A DNA stretch of 52,483 nucleotides, taken from positions 1 through 52,483 of the forward strand of contig DASCOB010000217.1 in NCBI GenBank assembly GCA_036011785.1, given 5' to 3'. The DNA comes from Anaerolineales bacterium. Its GTDB lineage: Bacteria > Chloroflexota > Anaerolineae > Anaerolineales > UBA11657. The position numbers were made by a program, and so were the translations under genes. This document shows positions 27,354 to 36,745 of the stretch, piece after piece (the first letter of the stretch is position 1; every line of letters starts with the position of its first letter). The notes beneath the pieces are model-generated. The model searched no databases. It saw nothing but the letters and a program-made list of their open reading frames with translations, and was not told where the DNA came from.

Positions 27354-30122
27354 TCATGGTTGGGCCGTAAAGGTGAGCCGCACTTTGCCCGCTTCAGGCG
27401 GCACAATGAGCCAGCCAGCCTCTGTTTTTGTACCGCTCGGCCCGGAGATGGCGGTAGGTCGCACGGGCAGTCTCCAGCGGAATCCGGCTGGAGGCGTTGC
27501 GCCTGACAGGGTCAGGGTGAGCGTACCGTTCCACCCATCCTCCGATTGGAAGAGTTCGTTTTCGGTGCTAAGATTGAGCGCGCCGAAGTGCGTGGGTGCG
27601 CCCTTCACAGAGATGGTGCGACCGTCTGCCAACCACCAATCCGGAACGCCGCTGAGTAATTCGAGCGTATCGCCGCGCTCGGAGAGCAGCATCTCGCGCA
27701 CCAGGGTGACATAACTGGCGGCCGTCCACGCGTGCGGCATGTCGCCTCCGGAGAAACTACCATTGGCGGGATTGACTTGCTCGGCCCAGGCGAAGGATCC
27801 CGGTATGGTCTGATTCTGTAGAGTCCAACCCAGTATCTGATGCAGCACGTCAGTGCGGCCCAGCCGAAGGTAGGCGTGGGCTAATTCAAGCCCGCCGTAA
27901 GGCCAAAACTGGCCGCCCAGATGACGGAAACCTCCGTTGTCCGGCTGCAGCCAGAGGCGATGATAATAATCAAATGAGCGAGCGAGCAACTCCATATCTC
28001 GAGGGAACACCTCAGTCGGCCAGAGCGCAGGCACTGTGCCGCGCGCCATGGCCGAGTCCGTTGTGTTTTCCACCGCACCCGGGATGAAGGCTGGCTCCGG
28101 GCCCATCACGGTCACAACTGAATCCAAAATGGCTGCACGTAGTGCGTCCGCCTCGGATTGCATCCAGACGGCATCAACGCTCTCCCCCAGCGCTGTCGCG
28201 ATGAAAGCCGCGTGCTCCAATCCGGCCAGCCCCCAGAAATTGTCCCAGTAGTGGTGCCACTCGGGCGGGCCAAGGTCTTCCGCGCTCTTGCTTGGGGGCA
28301 GCAGGCCGCGCGCAGCGCTGGCGGTTGCGACTGTGCTCGCTCGCAATTCAGACAGGAAGTGTGCGGCTGCGCGCAACTGCGAATACCATTCACGCAGCTG
28401 GGTTTCGTCGCCGGTAAAGCGGTAATATGCGCTCGCCAGAAAAATGGCTTGTCCCTGCGAATCCCATTCGTCATCGTGCCAAGGAACGTTATCGCCTCTG
28501 ATGGGAGGCACCCGTCCGTCTGGCTCCTGCGAAGTAAGTGTGGCGGCGACGGTGGCGCGCACGCTTTCGGCGTGGCCGAATTGCAGCAGCGCCAACCCGG
28601 TGTACGCGGCGTCGCGCACCCAGACGGCGTCGTGCGCCAGCGGCCCGGGGTGGGGGCCGTCGGGGTCAAGCGCGAGCAGCAAATAGCCCAGCGATGCGGC
28701 CACCCCGGCTTCCACGGACTTGTCGGGCAGCGCCATGGTCACCGTGCTGGTCACTTCCAGCCACAATTGGGCGGTCTCTTGCATGCGGTCATCGACGGGG
28801 ATGTCTGTCGCCGGGAAGCTTTTTCCTGGTGCGCCGGGAAAGGCAAAGTGGAACGCAGTGGATTGACCCGGATCAAGGTCAATAGGATAGGCCCATACGG
28901 CTACGCCATCTGCCGCGGACGCGGCGCTCACACGCTCCCTGGTAGGTACCTTGCCGCGTAATGCTGCCGCCATGGATTCTGCCAGCAGCCCCACACCGGT
29001 TTCGCCTGCCGCGGTTGCGGCGGCCATGAATGGCATGTCGTTGATCCACAGTCGGCGGCCGTGCTGGGTGCGGATGGCGCATATCGGCGCGAGATTCTGA
29101 TTAATGGCAAAAGGTCGTATTGCCAGCAGCAGGGTCAGGCTGCGCGGCTCGGCGTCCGTATTTTGCAGCGTCATTTTCCAGCGGACGGCTGCCTGCCCGC
29201 CATCTCCAAAGAGGGTGTTTCGCACTGATATGCCGAGGGCTTCCCATTCCCATTGTGGCATGGGCAGACGTCCGTCCGTTAATGAGAAGCGCACGTCTGC
29301 CGGGCCGGCTGTGCCCAGCCTGCCTGTGTCAGGATCGTAGAGCCAGACTTCCGCTCTGGGCGCTCTCGCCCAGGGGGCCACTGCGCCATCTGAAGAGACC
29401 AACGCCTCCTCGGCGGAATCCATGTTTCCGGTCATCGTCCACGCAAAAGCTTTTGCTGTTGCCCATGCGGGCATGGGCCAATCTGGGTGAGAACTGACAA
29501 GCCATTCCACATGTTGCGCGCCGGTCATCACTGCGCGGCGCTCGGCCCCGAGGCGCACCGGCTGCTTGATGCCGCCAAAACCACCCTGGTCGAGGACCCG
29601 CAACGCAAGCTGCAACTCCTCGCCTGCTGTGCCATATTGCAGAATATCCACGAGAGCAGCCCGCGAACCGAGGTCGTCCCAGTTGCCTGCGTGTTCGCCG
29701 TCTATCCACAGCGCGGCGGAATCATCGACCTTCCCGAAACCGAGGAAAACGGCCGGCCAGTCTGGTACGGTGATGCGTGTGCGGTACCACGCCGCTCCGT
29801 CGTATTGCAGCCCACTCGCCTCCCACGGGTATCCCGGCGCGAGCTCAGTCCATTCATCCGCAATGGATTCGGACGAGTGCCAGCCTTCTACTAGGCCGAT
29901 GTCATCTGGGTCGGTGCGGAAGCGCCAACCGGTGCTGAGCGCATGCGAGAGCGCGTCGGCCGCTTCGCAAGGCTGAGGCGTCTTGCCGAATGGTGCTGGG
30001 CCGATGTCCGCGCACGCGGCCAGCAGCAGGAGAACGCTGCCCAGTACGGCCCGCACTGCCGTCAGTTTTCGCGCTGGCCAGTGTGGCCATAGCGCGTGGC
30101 GCGGGCACATGGGTTCACTCAT
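27354..30122 (-). CDS. Predicted lipoprotein with an N-terminal galactose-binding-like (GH2-N-type) domain and a C-terminal (alpha/alpha)6 six-hairpin glycosidase-like domain
   Basis: Lipobox LLLLAAC after MSEPMCPRH...; start taken at 30122. WRFRTDPDD...W..L.PGYPWE...YDGAAWYRTRITVP...VFLGFGKVDDSAALWIDGEHAG resembles the GH2 sugar-binding domain. DAVWVRDAAYTGLALLQFGH...WDSQGQAIFLASAYYRFTGD...HYWDNFWGLAGL resembles GH15/GH78/GH63-type barrels. The exact family is not resolved. Confidence 0.6.
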   Translation of the reverse strand: MSEPMCPRHALWPHWPARKLTAVRAVLGSVLLLLAACADIGPAPFGKTPQPCEAADALSHALSTGWRFRTDPDDIGLVEGWHSSESIADEWTELAPGYPWEASGLQYDGAAWYRTRITVPDWPAVFLGFGKVDDSAALWIDGEHAGNWDDLGSRAALVDILQYGTAGEELQLALRVLDQGGFGGIKQPVRLGAERRAVMTGAQHVEWLVSSHPDWPMPAWATAKAFAWTMTGNMDSAEEALVSSDGAVAPWARAPRAEVWLYDPDTGRLGTAGPADVRFSLTDGRLPMPQWEWEALGISVRNTLFGDGGQAAVRWKMTLQNTDAEPRSLTLLLAIRPFAINQNLAPICAIRTQHGRRLWINDMPFMAAATAAGETGVGLLAESMAAALRGKVPTRERVSAASAADGVAVWAYPIDLDPGQSTAFHFAFPGAPGKSFPATDIPVDDRMQETAQLWLEVTSTVTMALPDKSVEAGVAASLGYLLLALDPDGPHPGPLAHDAVWVRDAAYTGLALLQFGHAESVRATVAATLTSQEPDGRVPPIRGDNVPWHDDEWDSQGQAIFLASAYYRFTGDETQLREWYSQLRAAAHFLSELRASTVATASAARGLLPPSKSAEDLGPPEWHHYWDNFWGLAGLEHAAFIATALGESVDAVWMQSEADALRAAILDSVVTVMGPEPAFIPGAVENTTDSAMARGTVPALWPTEVFPRDMELLARSFDYYHRLWLQPDNGGFRHLGGQFWPYGGLELAHAYLRLGRTDVLHQILGWTLQNQTIPGSFAWAEQVNPANGSFSGGDMPHAWTAASYVTLVREMLLSERGDTLELLSGVPDWWLADGRTISVKGAPTHFGALNLSTENELFQSEDGWNGTLTLTLSGATPPAGFRWRLPVRPTAISGPSGTKTEAGWLIVPPEAGKVRLTFTAQP

Positions 30123-30153
30123 AGTTCTTTCCCACCCGTTGCCGGCGGGAGAC

Positions 30154-31593
30154 CTAATTGACTGTGATTGGAATCGTGTCGGAGAGGTAGTACCAGTTGG
30201 CAGCCGGCGGGGTTGTTGTTCCGCAATCAGTGGATGTACCCAGACAAATGACCATACGCAAGTCATACGTGCCGGCGGCCGAGATTTCAATGTGGTCGCG
30301 CCAAACGTATTCGGTGCCAGCTGCAACCTTGTCGGCGTCTCCGTCCCCGTTGAAAAAGCGGAAGATGTGTGGGTTAGCGTACACGCCCCACGCGCCGAAC
30401 TTCTGGTCGCTGCCGCCCGGGTTGTGTATTTTCAGATTCACCCAGATAGATTCATTCACTGCGTAGCTGGCCGCGCAGGCGCTGCCGGATGTGCATATTT
30501 TCTCAGCCGAAAAGTAGGTGCCCGTTATCGGGCTGCCATCCGGGGTGACTGGAGAAAGCCTGGATTCGCTGATAGTTACTGGAATGGCCTCTGATAGGAT
30601 GAACCAGTTGGTGCCCGGCGCTTTCGAGGCCAAGCAATTAGCGGCGTCATCCAGGCAAATACCCATCTGCAGATGGTGTACGCCGGCGTTGAGAATGCTG
30701 ACAGAATCTCTCCAACTATATTCAGTGTTTGCGCCGATTTTGTCGGCTGCGCGGTCGCCGTTGAAAACATAGAGAAAGTTCGGGTACAGGTTGGTGTGCA
30801 CGCCCCATGCGCCGAAACTAACATCGGAGCTGCTCGAATTCGCAATGCGCATGTTGACATAGAACGGATCGCCGACAAGGAAGCGGGGCTCGGTGATACC
30901 CGGAACGAATTGGGTCTCTACGCTGAATGTTTTTCCGGAAATCGAGCTGCTGGAGGCTGTGGTCAGAGCGGCTGATGTTGCTGTTGGATCTGCAGCCATT
31001 GTGGCGGTCGTCGCTGGAGTGGCACTCGCTTCCGAGATGGGGGTGGCCGGCGCTTCCACGATTGGGATGTCGGCCGCGTTCGCGCGCAGAGATGACCATA
31101 GCGCCGAAACCCAGACTCGATTGCGGGTGCCATACGCAATTTGATACCATTGCCCGTCCGCAGATTGTCCGGTGACCGGCGCGATATACCCGGTCGGCTC
31201 GCTGCCCAGAATCGCGTATTCTGTGCCCGGACCGGCGCGCAAGTACACGCCGTCCGTGAGTTCCAGGGTGCTGTCCCCGAGGGGCAAATGGTCTGCTGAC
31301 GGAGCGGGGGTGTGATCCGCGATCTGGACGGCTGCAGGTGTGGGAACCGGCGTTTCGGCGTCAACCACACTGGCGGCAGCCGCGGTCGGTTCCGCGGTGG
31401 CGCTGGCGGCAACGTCGGCTGTGGCTGTCGGTGTCGGTGCTGGTAAAGCGGCTGCGGCGGGTTGTGGCGCCGCTGAATTAAATTCGTTTAGCGCGTATCT
31501 GATTGCCGTAACCCCACCCGCCGCGAGGCCTACAATCAGGGCTGTAACGAGCGCTGTCTTTGGGGGAATTTCTCTCAGCTGCCTAATCGTCAT
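30154..31593 (-). CDS. Membrane-anchored secreted protein: Ala/Thr/Pro linker, SH3b-like domain, and two tandem copies of an unrecognised Cys-containing domain of about 125-135 aa
   Basis: TM helix ALVTALIVGLAAGGVTAI. SH3b-like segment GVYLRAGPGTEYAILG...GQWYQIAYG.RNRVWV. The tandem repeats share FGAWGV..N....F..FNGD..ADK..A.TEY.WRD...I..AG...L.M.ICL......C.......NW..LS..IP.T. Confidence 0.65.
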   Translation of the reverse strand: MTIRQLREIPPKTALVTALIVGLAAGGVTAIRYALNEFNSAAPQPAAAALPAPTPTATADVAASATAEPTAAAASVVDAETPVPTPAAVQIADHTPAPSADHLPLGDSTLELTDGVYLRAGPGTEYAILGSEPTGYIAPVTGQSADGQWYQIAYGTRNRVWVSALWSSLRANAADIPIVEAPATPISEASATPATTATMAADPTATSAALTTASSSSISGKTFSVETQFVPGITEPRFLVGDPFYVNMRIANSSSSDVSFGAWGVHTNLYPNFLYVFNGDRAADKIGANTEYSWRDSVSILNAGVHHLQMGICLDDAANCLASKAPGTNWFILSEAIPVTISESRLSPVTPDGSPITGTYFSAEKICTSGSACAASYAVNESIWVNLKIHNPGGSDQKFGAWGVYANPHIFRFFNGDGDADKVAAGTEYVWRDHIEISAAGTYDLRMVICLGTSTDCGTTTPPAANWYYLSDTIPITVN

Positions 31594-31662
31594 CGTGCCA
31601 TTCTGTGGGTCTGGACGGAACTACTGAACCGGCGTTCGGTAGTATAGCACGGGTGGTTGCGC

Positions 31663-32175
31663 TTAGCTCACCATCTCCGGCTCGCGCAGCGCGAAATCCG
31701 CACCGCGGTCGATTTCCCACGGATATACGATGTAGGCGTTGGTGACGGCGCCATAGTAATCAGGACGCGTCTGGCCGAAAAGTGAGCGCGCCGGGTTGAA
31801 GTGGAGCACACATAGTTTCGGCAGGCCGGCGGCTCCGAGGATACGGTCCTTCACCGAGGTGATGGTGCGGCCGGATGCCCAAACGTCGTCCACTACCAGA
31901 ATGCGTTTGCCGGCGATCACATCCTCGTGCGGGAACTGCAGGAATTCGGGCCAGGCGAGCAATTTGTGGTCGACATCAATGGGTGGGAATTGCACGGAGG
32001 CGGTTAGGATGTCCTTCACTTCCAATGCCTCGGCCAGCAAACCGCCGGGCACAATCCCGCCTCGGGTTACAATCACCATCGCTTCAATATCATGTCGGAA
32101 CTGTGGAATGAGTTCGTCAACTAGTTGTTCGACATCTCCCCAGCGCAACAGTTCCTTACGTATAGGGTTGGACAT
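31663..32175 (-). CDS. Purine phosphoribosyltransferase family protein (Gpt/HGPRT-like)
   Basis: PRPP-binding motif ILVVDDVWASGRTI and the upstream IVTRGGIVPGGLLAE. The start at MSNPIRK (32175) is preferred over 32220. Confidence 0.7.
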   Translation of the reverse strand: MSNPIRKELLRWGDVEQLVDELIPQFRHDIEAMVIVTRGGIVPGGLLAEALEVKDILTASVQFPPIDVDHKLLAWPEFLQFPHEDVIAGKRILVVDDVWASGRTITSVKDRILGAAGLPKLCVLHFNPARSLFGQTRPDYYGAVTNAYIVYPWEIDRGADFALREPEMVS

Positions 32176-32265
32176 GCGGCCAGTCAGGCTGGCATCGGGA
32201 ACGGTGCCAGTGAACGCCATAACTGTGGTACATAGCGGCCCGAGAGGGGGTAGGTGGCTGCCTGT

Positions 32266-33420
32266 CTATACATGTGAACCCGCGAAGCTGCTGTAATGAT
32301 ATTGAATGCGCCCTTCGCGCAAGCCGAGGGTATCCTTGCCCCCCACCATTTGCCCGGCTGGGCTGTGAAAAGTCCAGTTGAAAGTCCACGAGGCGCCTTT
32401 GCCGCGCACATGATCGATGGCAAAATTGCCCGACGGCAGCAATTCGTCCAGCATTTTCCTGTACCATTCTCGGATGGCTTGAATCCCGAGAATCATGCGC
32501 TGCGCATTCACATGGCCGGCATTCTCATGATAGAGACTGACAAGCAAGTCAATGTCTCGATTGTTAAGCGCATCCACATAATGTTGCAGCGGGTCGTTCG
32601 GCACACCCGGCGGCATCGGTGCCGGAGCGGGCACGGTGGGCGCTGCTTCGGCCAGTGGCCACCGGAATCCGGCCACGGCATCCCATAGGTCGTGGTGGCC
32701 CGGGCTGGTGGACCAGTCCCATGAATAGGTGTTCGCAGCCGACAGACCCAGTTCAAGCGCCTTCTGATAAAAGCGGCGCTGGTCTTCTGCCGTTGCGACC
32801 CAGCCACCGGCCCCGTACGCAGAACCGGTGGGTATCACCGGGCGAGCGTGACCGACCAGGCGTGTGTCAGCGAACTCGCCTACACTACGCTCCAGTTGCG
32901 AGCCGGGGTTGTGCGCCTGTTCCCAGTAAACTTGTGGCATGTTAAAATCACATTTCTCTAAGAACGCCGCCCAGGGTAATTCGCGATGGTAGGTCGGAAA
33001 GCGATAGGAGCTTAGCGCGATTGGATGATTGGGCAATGACTGGCGCAGCTCGGTCATGAAGAGGCGGGCGGCGGCGTCTTTGCCGCGCCATTTGTATTCG
33101 TGTTCCGCATCGATTACGTAGCCATCCAGCTGCAGTTCTCTGGTGCGCGCGATGGCCACGCGCGCCTCCCCTGCCGGGTCGCTGCCTTTCACGTAATGCC
33201 AGCCCCATACCTGCATGCCACGGTTTTTTAGTGCCTGGCTGACTGCGGGCACGAGATCATTGTTGTTGCGGTCGTAACCGAAGGGATATCGCGTGTCTGC
33301 AATCTTTATTAGTACGTGCGTCAGCTGTGCGGCTTCTGCCTTGCTCGCAATGGCGTCCGTGTCGCCACCCTCACAGTTTAGAATGCGCCAGATGAAAAAC
33401 CCTTTTCCCTCAAGTGCCAT
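32266..33420 (-). CDS. Two-domain cytoplasmic protein: TIM-barrel glycoside-hydrolase-like N-terminal domain (tentative) fused to a C-terminal SnoaL/NTF2-like domain
   Basis: No signal peptide. The N-terminal pattern KGFFIWRI...HVLIKIADTRY...GMQVWGWHYV...LDGYVIDAEHEY...MPQVYW shows alternating beta-alpha, lysozyme/GHL-like features. The C-terminal sequence YVDALNNRDIDLLVSLYHENA...IREWYRKM...WTFNWTF...GKDTLGLREGRIQYHY is typical of SnoaL-like proteins. The start is at MALEGKG. Confidence 0.5.
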   Translation of the reverse strand: MALEGKGFFIWRILNCEGGDTDAIASKAEAAQLTHVLIKIADTRYPFGYDRNNNDLVPAVSQALKNRGMQVWGWHYVKGSDPAGEARVAIARTRELQLDGYVIDAEHEYKWRGKDAAARLFMTELRQSLPNHPIALSSYRFPTYHRELPWAAFLEKCDFNMPQVYWEQAHNPGSQLERSVGEFADTRLVGHARPVIPTGSAYGAGGWVATAEDQRRFYQKALELGLSAANTYSWDWSTSPGHHDLWDAVAGFRWPLAEAAPTVPAPAPMPPGVPNDPLQHYVDALNNRDIDLLVSLYHENAGHVNAQRMILGIQAIREWYRKMLDELLPSGNFAIDHVRGKGASWTFNWTFHSPAGQMVGGKDTLGLREGRIQYHYSSFAGSHV

Positions 33421-33508
33421 CGAATTCTCGCAATGGGTGTTAAAATGGGTGATGCTTGCAGGTGGAAGAAGCAATAAGTGTGCCTGAACATCGCGAAAGC
33501 ACTATCAA

Positions 33509-35770
33509 ATGAAATTCAAGACATTCGTTGAGAAGCTGCCCGAAACGCTGGCGAGATCGGACCGCCTGTTGGTTGAGCGTGCATATGCGTTCGCGCAAAA
33601 GGCTCATTCCGGCCAGACGCGTGCTTCGGGTGCGCCATACATCGAGCATAGCCTGTCCGTGGCAGACATTCTGGCCACCCTTGGGCTGCCGCCGGCGGTG
33701 GTCGCGGCGGCGCTGCTGCACGATGTGGTGGAGGACTCCGCCAGCTCGGTCACCGAGTTGAAAAAGCAGTTTGGTGCGGAGGTGGCAGCGCTGGTGGATG
33801 GCGTGACCAAACTGACTAAGCAGGTGCAGCGTGTGGAGCAATCTAGGTCCCCTACTGACGGGGCTGGTGAGGCTGCCCGTGACCCTGAGCACCTGTCCAC
33901 TGACCAGGCGGAGACCATCCGCAAAACCTTCTTGGCGATGGGGGACGATGTACGCGTAGTGCTGATAAAACTGGCCGATAGATTGCACAACATGCGCACG
34001 CTTTCGTTCTTGCCTGTGGAGAAACAGCGTCGCATCGCGCAAGAAACGCTGGACATTTTCGCCCCACTGGCTAATCGGCTCGGAATATGGCAGGTCAAGT
34101 GGGAGCTGGAGGACCTTGGCTTTCGCTATGTGGACCCGAAGAGGTACAAGGAAATCGCAATGGCGATAAACCGACGACGTGTGGAGCGTGAGACGCGCAT
34201 TGCGGCCATTGTAGCGTGCCTGCAAAAAGAGCTGCGTGATCATGGCATTGACGCGGAGGTGACCGGTCGCCCGAAACATATTTATTCTATCTGGCGGAAG
34301 ATGCGCCGCAAGGACGTGCCGTTTGAGCAGGTTTATGACATACGGGCAGTGCGGGTGTTGCTCAAGCATCGCGAGGAGGCCGCGCCGCAGGATTCAAAGG
34401 CGAGCGAGCGTTCCGAGAAACAGGCTGTCGCAGATTGTTACCTTGCACTCGGTCTCGTGCATCAGCTTTGGAGCCCGATTCCCGGCGAATTCGATGATTA
34501 TGTCGCCACCCCGAAAGACAACTTTTATCAATCTCTCCACACTGCTGTCGTCGATGATGACGGCGATACGCTGGAAGTACAGATTCGAACTGAGACCATG
34601 CATGAGGGCGCCGAATATGGCATCGCGGCGCACTGGCGCTATAAAGAGGGCGGACGTAAGGAGGACAAATCCTTTGAACGACGCATTGAATGGCTGCGTT
34701 CAATGATGGATTGGAGGCAAGAGGTCACCGATGGGCAGGAATTTGTGGATGCGCTTAAGTCGGACCTGTTTCCGGACAGAGTGTATGCCTTCACCCCGCG
34801 CGGTGACATTATCGACCTGCCAGCCGGCGTCACCCCTGTGGATTTTGCTTATCACATCCACACCTCGGTGGGCGAGCGCTGTCGCGGCGCGAAAGTGAAC
34901 GGGCGGCTGGTGTCGCTCAACCACGCATTGGAATCAGGGGATCAGGTTGAAATACTTACTTCCAAAAGGGGCGGCCCCAGCCGCGACTGGCTGAATGCAG
35001 ACCTTGGATACGTGCGCTCTGCGCGTGCGCGCGAGAAAATCCGCAGCTGGTTTAAGAAACAAGCCCGTGAAGAAAATATCTCCACGGGCCGCAGCATCAT
35101 CGATCGCGAAGTGAAACGTCTGAACATCAGAGGGCTTTCCCGCGAAGCGACGGCGAAGATGTTCGGCCATGCTAAGGTCGAGGATTTTCTTGCCGCTGTG
35201 GGCTGTGGTGATGTCCACGAGCAAACGGTGATTAACCAGATGGTCGCCTGGCTGCGCAGTCAGTCCAAGGAGGATGCCGAAACACTTCCGCCGCCGGACA
35301 CCAAACCTGCTCGCCAGATTCAGGCCGATGAAGTCAACGTTTACGGGACACGCGGGCTGCTTACGCATCTCGGGCGCTGCTGCAATCCGGTGCCGGGAGA
35401 TGAAATTGTCGGCTACACCACGCGCGGGCGCGGCGTGACAATCCATCGTAAAGACTGCCCTAACGTGCTGCGCGTGCGCGAGGCGGAGCGCTTTATCAGT
35501 GTGGCTTGGGGCGCAAAACCGGCCAAAATTTACCCGGTCTCAGTGCACATTGTCGCATTCGATCGGGAGGGGCTGATGCGGGACATCTCCACTATTGTGG
35601 CGGATGAACACGTTAATATGAGCGCGATCTCGATGCTACCCGGCCAGGGACACGAGGTGGACGTCAATGTCACGCTGGAGGTTTCGCATCTGACACAATT
35701 GGGTAAGGTGCTCAGCCGGTTAGAGCAATTGACAAACGTCACTCAGGTGCGGCGTTTGCAGCCGGGTTGA
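33509..35770 (+). CDS. rel: Bifunctional (p)ppGpp synthetase/hydrolase (RSH long form)
   Basis: HD domain (HSGQTRASGAPYIEHSL, LLHDVVEDS, DRLHNMRT), RelA/SpoT synthetase domain (HIYSIWRKM, YQSLHTAV, EVQIRT..MH), TGS domain (VYAFTPRGDIIDLPAGVTPVDFAY) and a C-terminal ACT domain. Confidence 0.95.
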   Translation: MKFKTFVEKLPETLARSDRLLVERAYAFAQKAHSGQTRASGAPYIEHSLSVADILATLGLPPAVVAAALLHDVVEDSASSVTELKKQFGAEVAALVDGVTKLTKQVQRVEQSRSPTDGAGEAARDPEHLSTDQAETIRKTFLAMGDDVRVVLIKLADRLHNMRTLSFLPVEKQRRIAQETLDIFAPLANRLGIWQVKWELEDLGFRYVDPKRYKEIAMAINRRRVERETRIAAIVACLQKELRDHGIDAEVTGRPKHIYSIWRKMRRKDVPFEQVYDIRAVRVLLKHREEAAPQDSKASERSEKQAVADCYLALGLVHQLWSPIPGEFDDYVATPKDNFYQSLHTAVVDDDGDTLEVQIRTETMHEGAEYGIAAHWRYKEGGRKEDKSFERRIEWLRSMMDWRQEVTDGQEFVDALKSDLFPDRVYAFTPRGDIIDLPAGVTPVDFAYHIHTSVGERCRGAKVNGRLVSLNHALESGDQVEILTSKRGGPSRDWLNADLGYVRSARAREKIRSWFKKQAREENISTGRSIIDREVKRLNIRGLSREATAKMFGHAKVEDFLAAVGCGDVHEQTVINQMVAWLRSQSKEDAETLPPPDTKPARQIQADEVNVYGTRGLLTHLGRCCNPVPGDEIVGYTTRGRGVTIHRKDCPNVLRVREAERFISVAWGAKPAKIYPVSVHIVAFDREGLMRDISTIVADEHVNMSAISMLPGQGHEVDVNVTLEVSHLTQLGKVLSRLEQLTNVTQVRRLQPG

Positions 35771-35799
35771 TCGGTGCGCAGAGTGGTTGGCATCTGATC

Positions 35800-36663
35800 T
35801 CAGGCGGCGCGCACAAGGGCGTCGGTCATGCGCGCCACGCGCGCCATCGCGCGCACATCATGCACGCGCACCATGTCTGCGCCACGGGCGATGCCGATGG
35901 CGACGGCGGCGGCCGTGCCCTCCATCCGATCCTCTGGGGGAAGATCGAGCGTGTATCCGATGAATGATTTTCGCGATGGCCCAATCAGCAACGGGTACCC
36001 CAGCTCCTTAAAGTGACCCAGTTCGTTCAACAATAGCCGGTTTTGTTTCACCGTTTTGCCGAAACCAATGCCGGGGTCGAGGATAATCTTTTTGTCGGCG
36101 ATGCCGGCATCGAGCGCAAGCGCGATTGACTCTTCCAGCTCGCTGCACACGTCGGCGAGCAGCTCGTCATATTCGCTTTCTACGTAGCGGCCGCCGAGGC
36201 GTCTATCGCGGCTGGCCTCGGCGATGCGACTGCGGTTGTGCATCAGGATGAGGGCAGCGCCGTGCGCGGAAACTACGTCGGCCAGCGCACCGTTGCGTTT
36301 CAAGCCCCAGACGTCATTGACAATGGATGCGCCCGCAGCCAGCGCAGCCTCCGCTACGGATGCCTTGCTTGTGTCCACCGAGATGGGCACGTCCACTGCC
36401 GCTGCCAGAGACCGGATCACCGGCGTCACCCGCCGCAATACGAGCTCGGCCGCTACCGGCGCGGCTCCCGGACGGGTGCTCTCGCCGCCCACATCCAGCA
36501 GGTGCGCGCCGTCGGCGACGAACTGCCTTCCAAGTTCAACCGCGGCATGCACGGGATCATCGTCTAAATCCAACCCGTCGCCGGAAAAGGAATCAGGCGT
36601 GGCGTTGATGACGCCCATCACATATGTTCGTGTTCCCCATTGAAAAAAATCAGGAAGGAGCAT
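35800..36663 (-). CDS. folP: Dihydropteroate synthase
   Basis: VMGVINATPDSFSGDG, LLDVGGESTRPGA, IVNDVWG and DPGIGFGK. Confidence 0.92.
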   Translation of the reverse strand: MLLPDFFQWGTRTYVMGVINATPDSFSGDGLDLDDDPVHAAVELGRQFVADGAHLLDVGGESTRPGAAPVAAELVLRRVTPVIRSLAAAVDVPISVDTSKASVAEAALAAGASIVNDVWGLKRNGALADVVSAHGAALILMHNRSRIAEASRDRRLGGRYVESEYDELLADVCSELEESIALALDAGIADKKIILDPGIGFGKTVKQNRLLLNELGHFKELGYPLLIGPSRKSFIGYTLDLPPEDRMEGTAAAVAIGIARGADMVRVHDVRAMARVARMTDALVRAA

Positions 36664-36745
36664 GGCACTTTCGCAGTTTCAAGCGTTGCCGCGTGAAAAG
36701 TGTTCCTGAATCGGCCGGTTGCAGCGGCTTAGGTTGCCAGCGGGC

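Noticed and set aside
27354-30326. N-terminal 68 codons of the track ORF for the glycosidase-like lipoprotein
   Set aside because: The extension (MQLAPNTFGATTLKSRPPARMTCVW...) overlaps the 3' end of the upstream gene and has no signal-peptide character. The internal Met at 30122 is followed by a classic lipobox (LLLLAAC).
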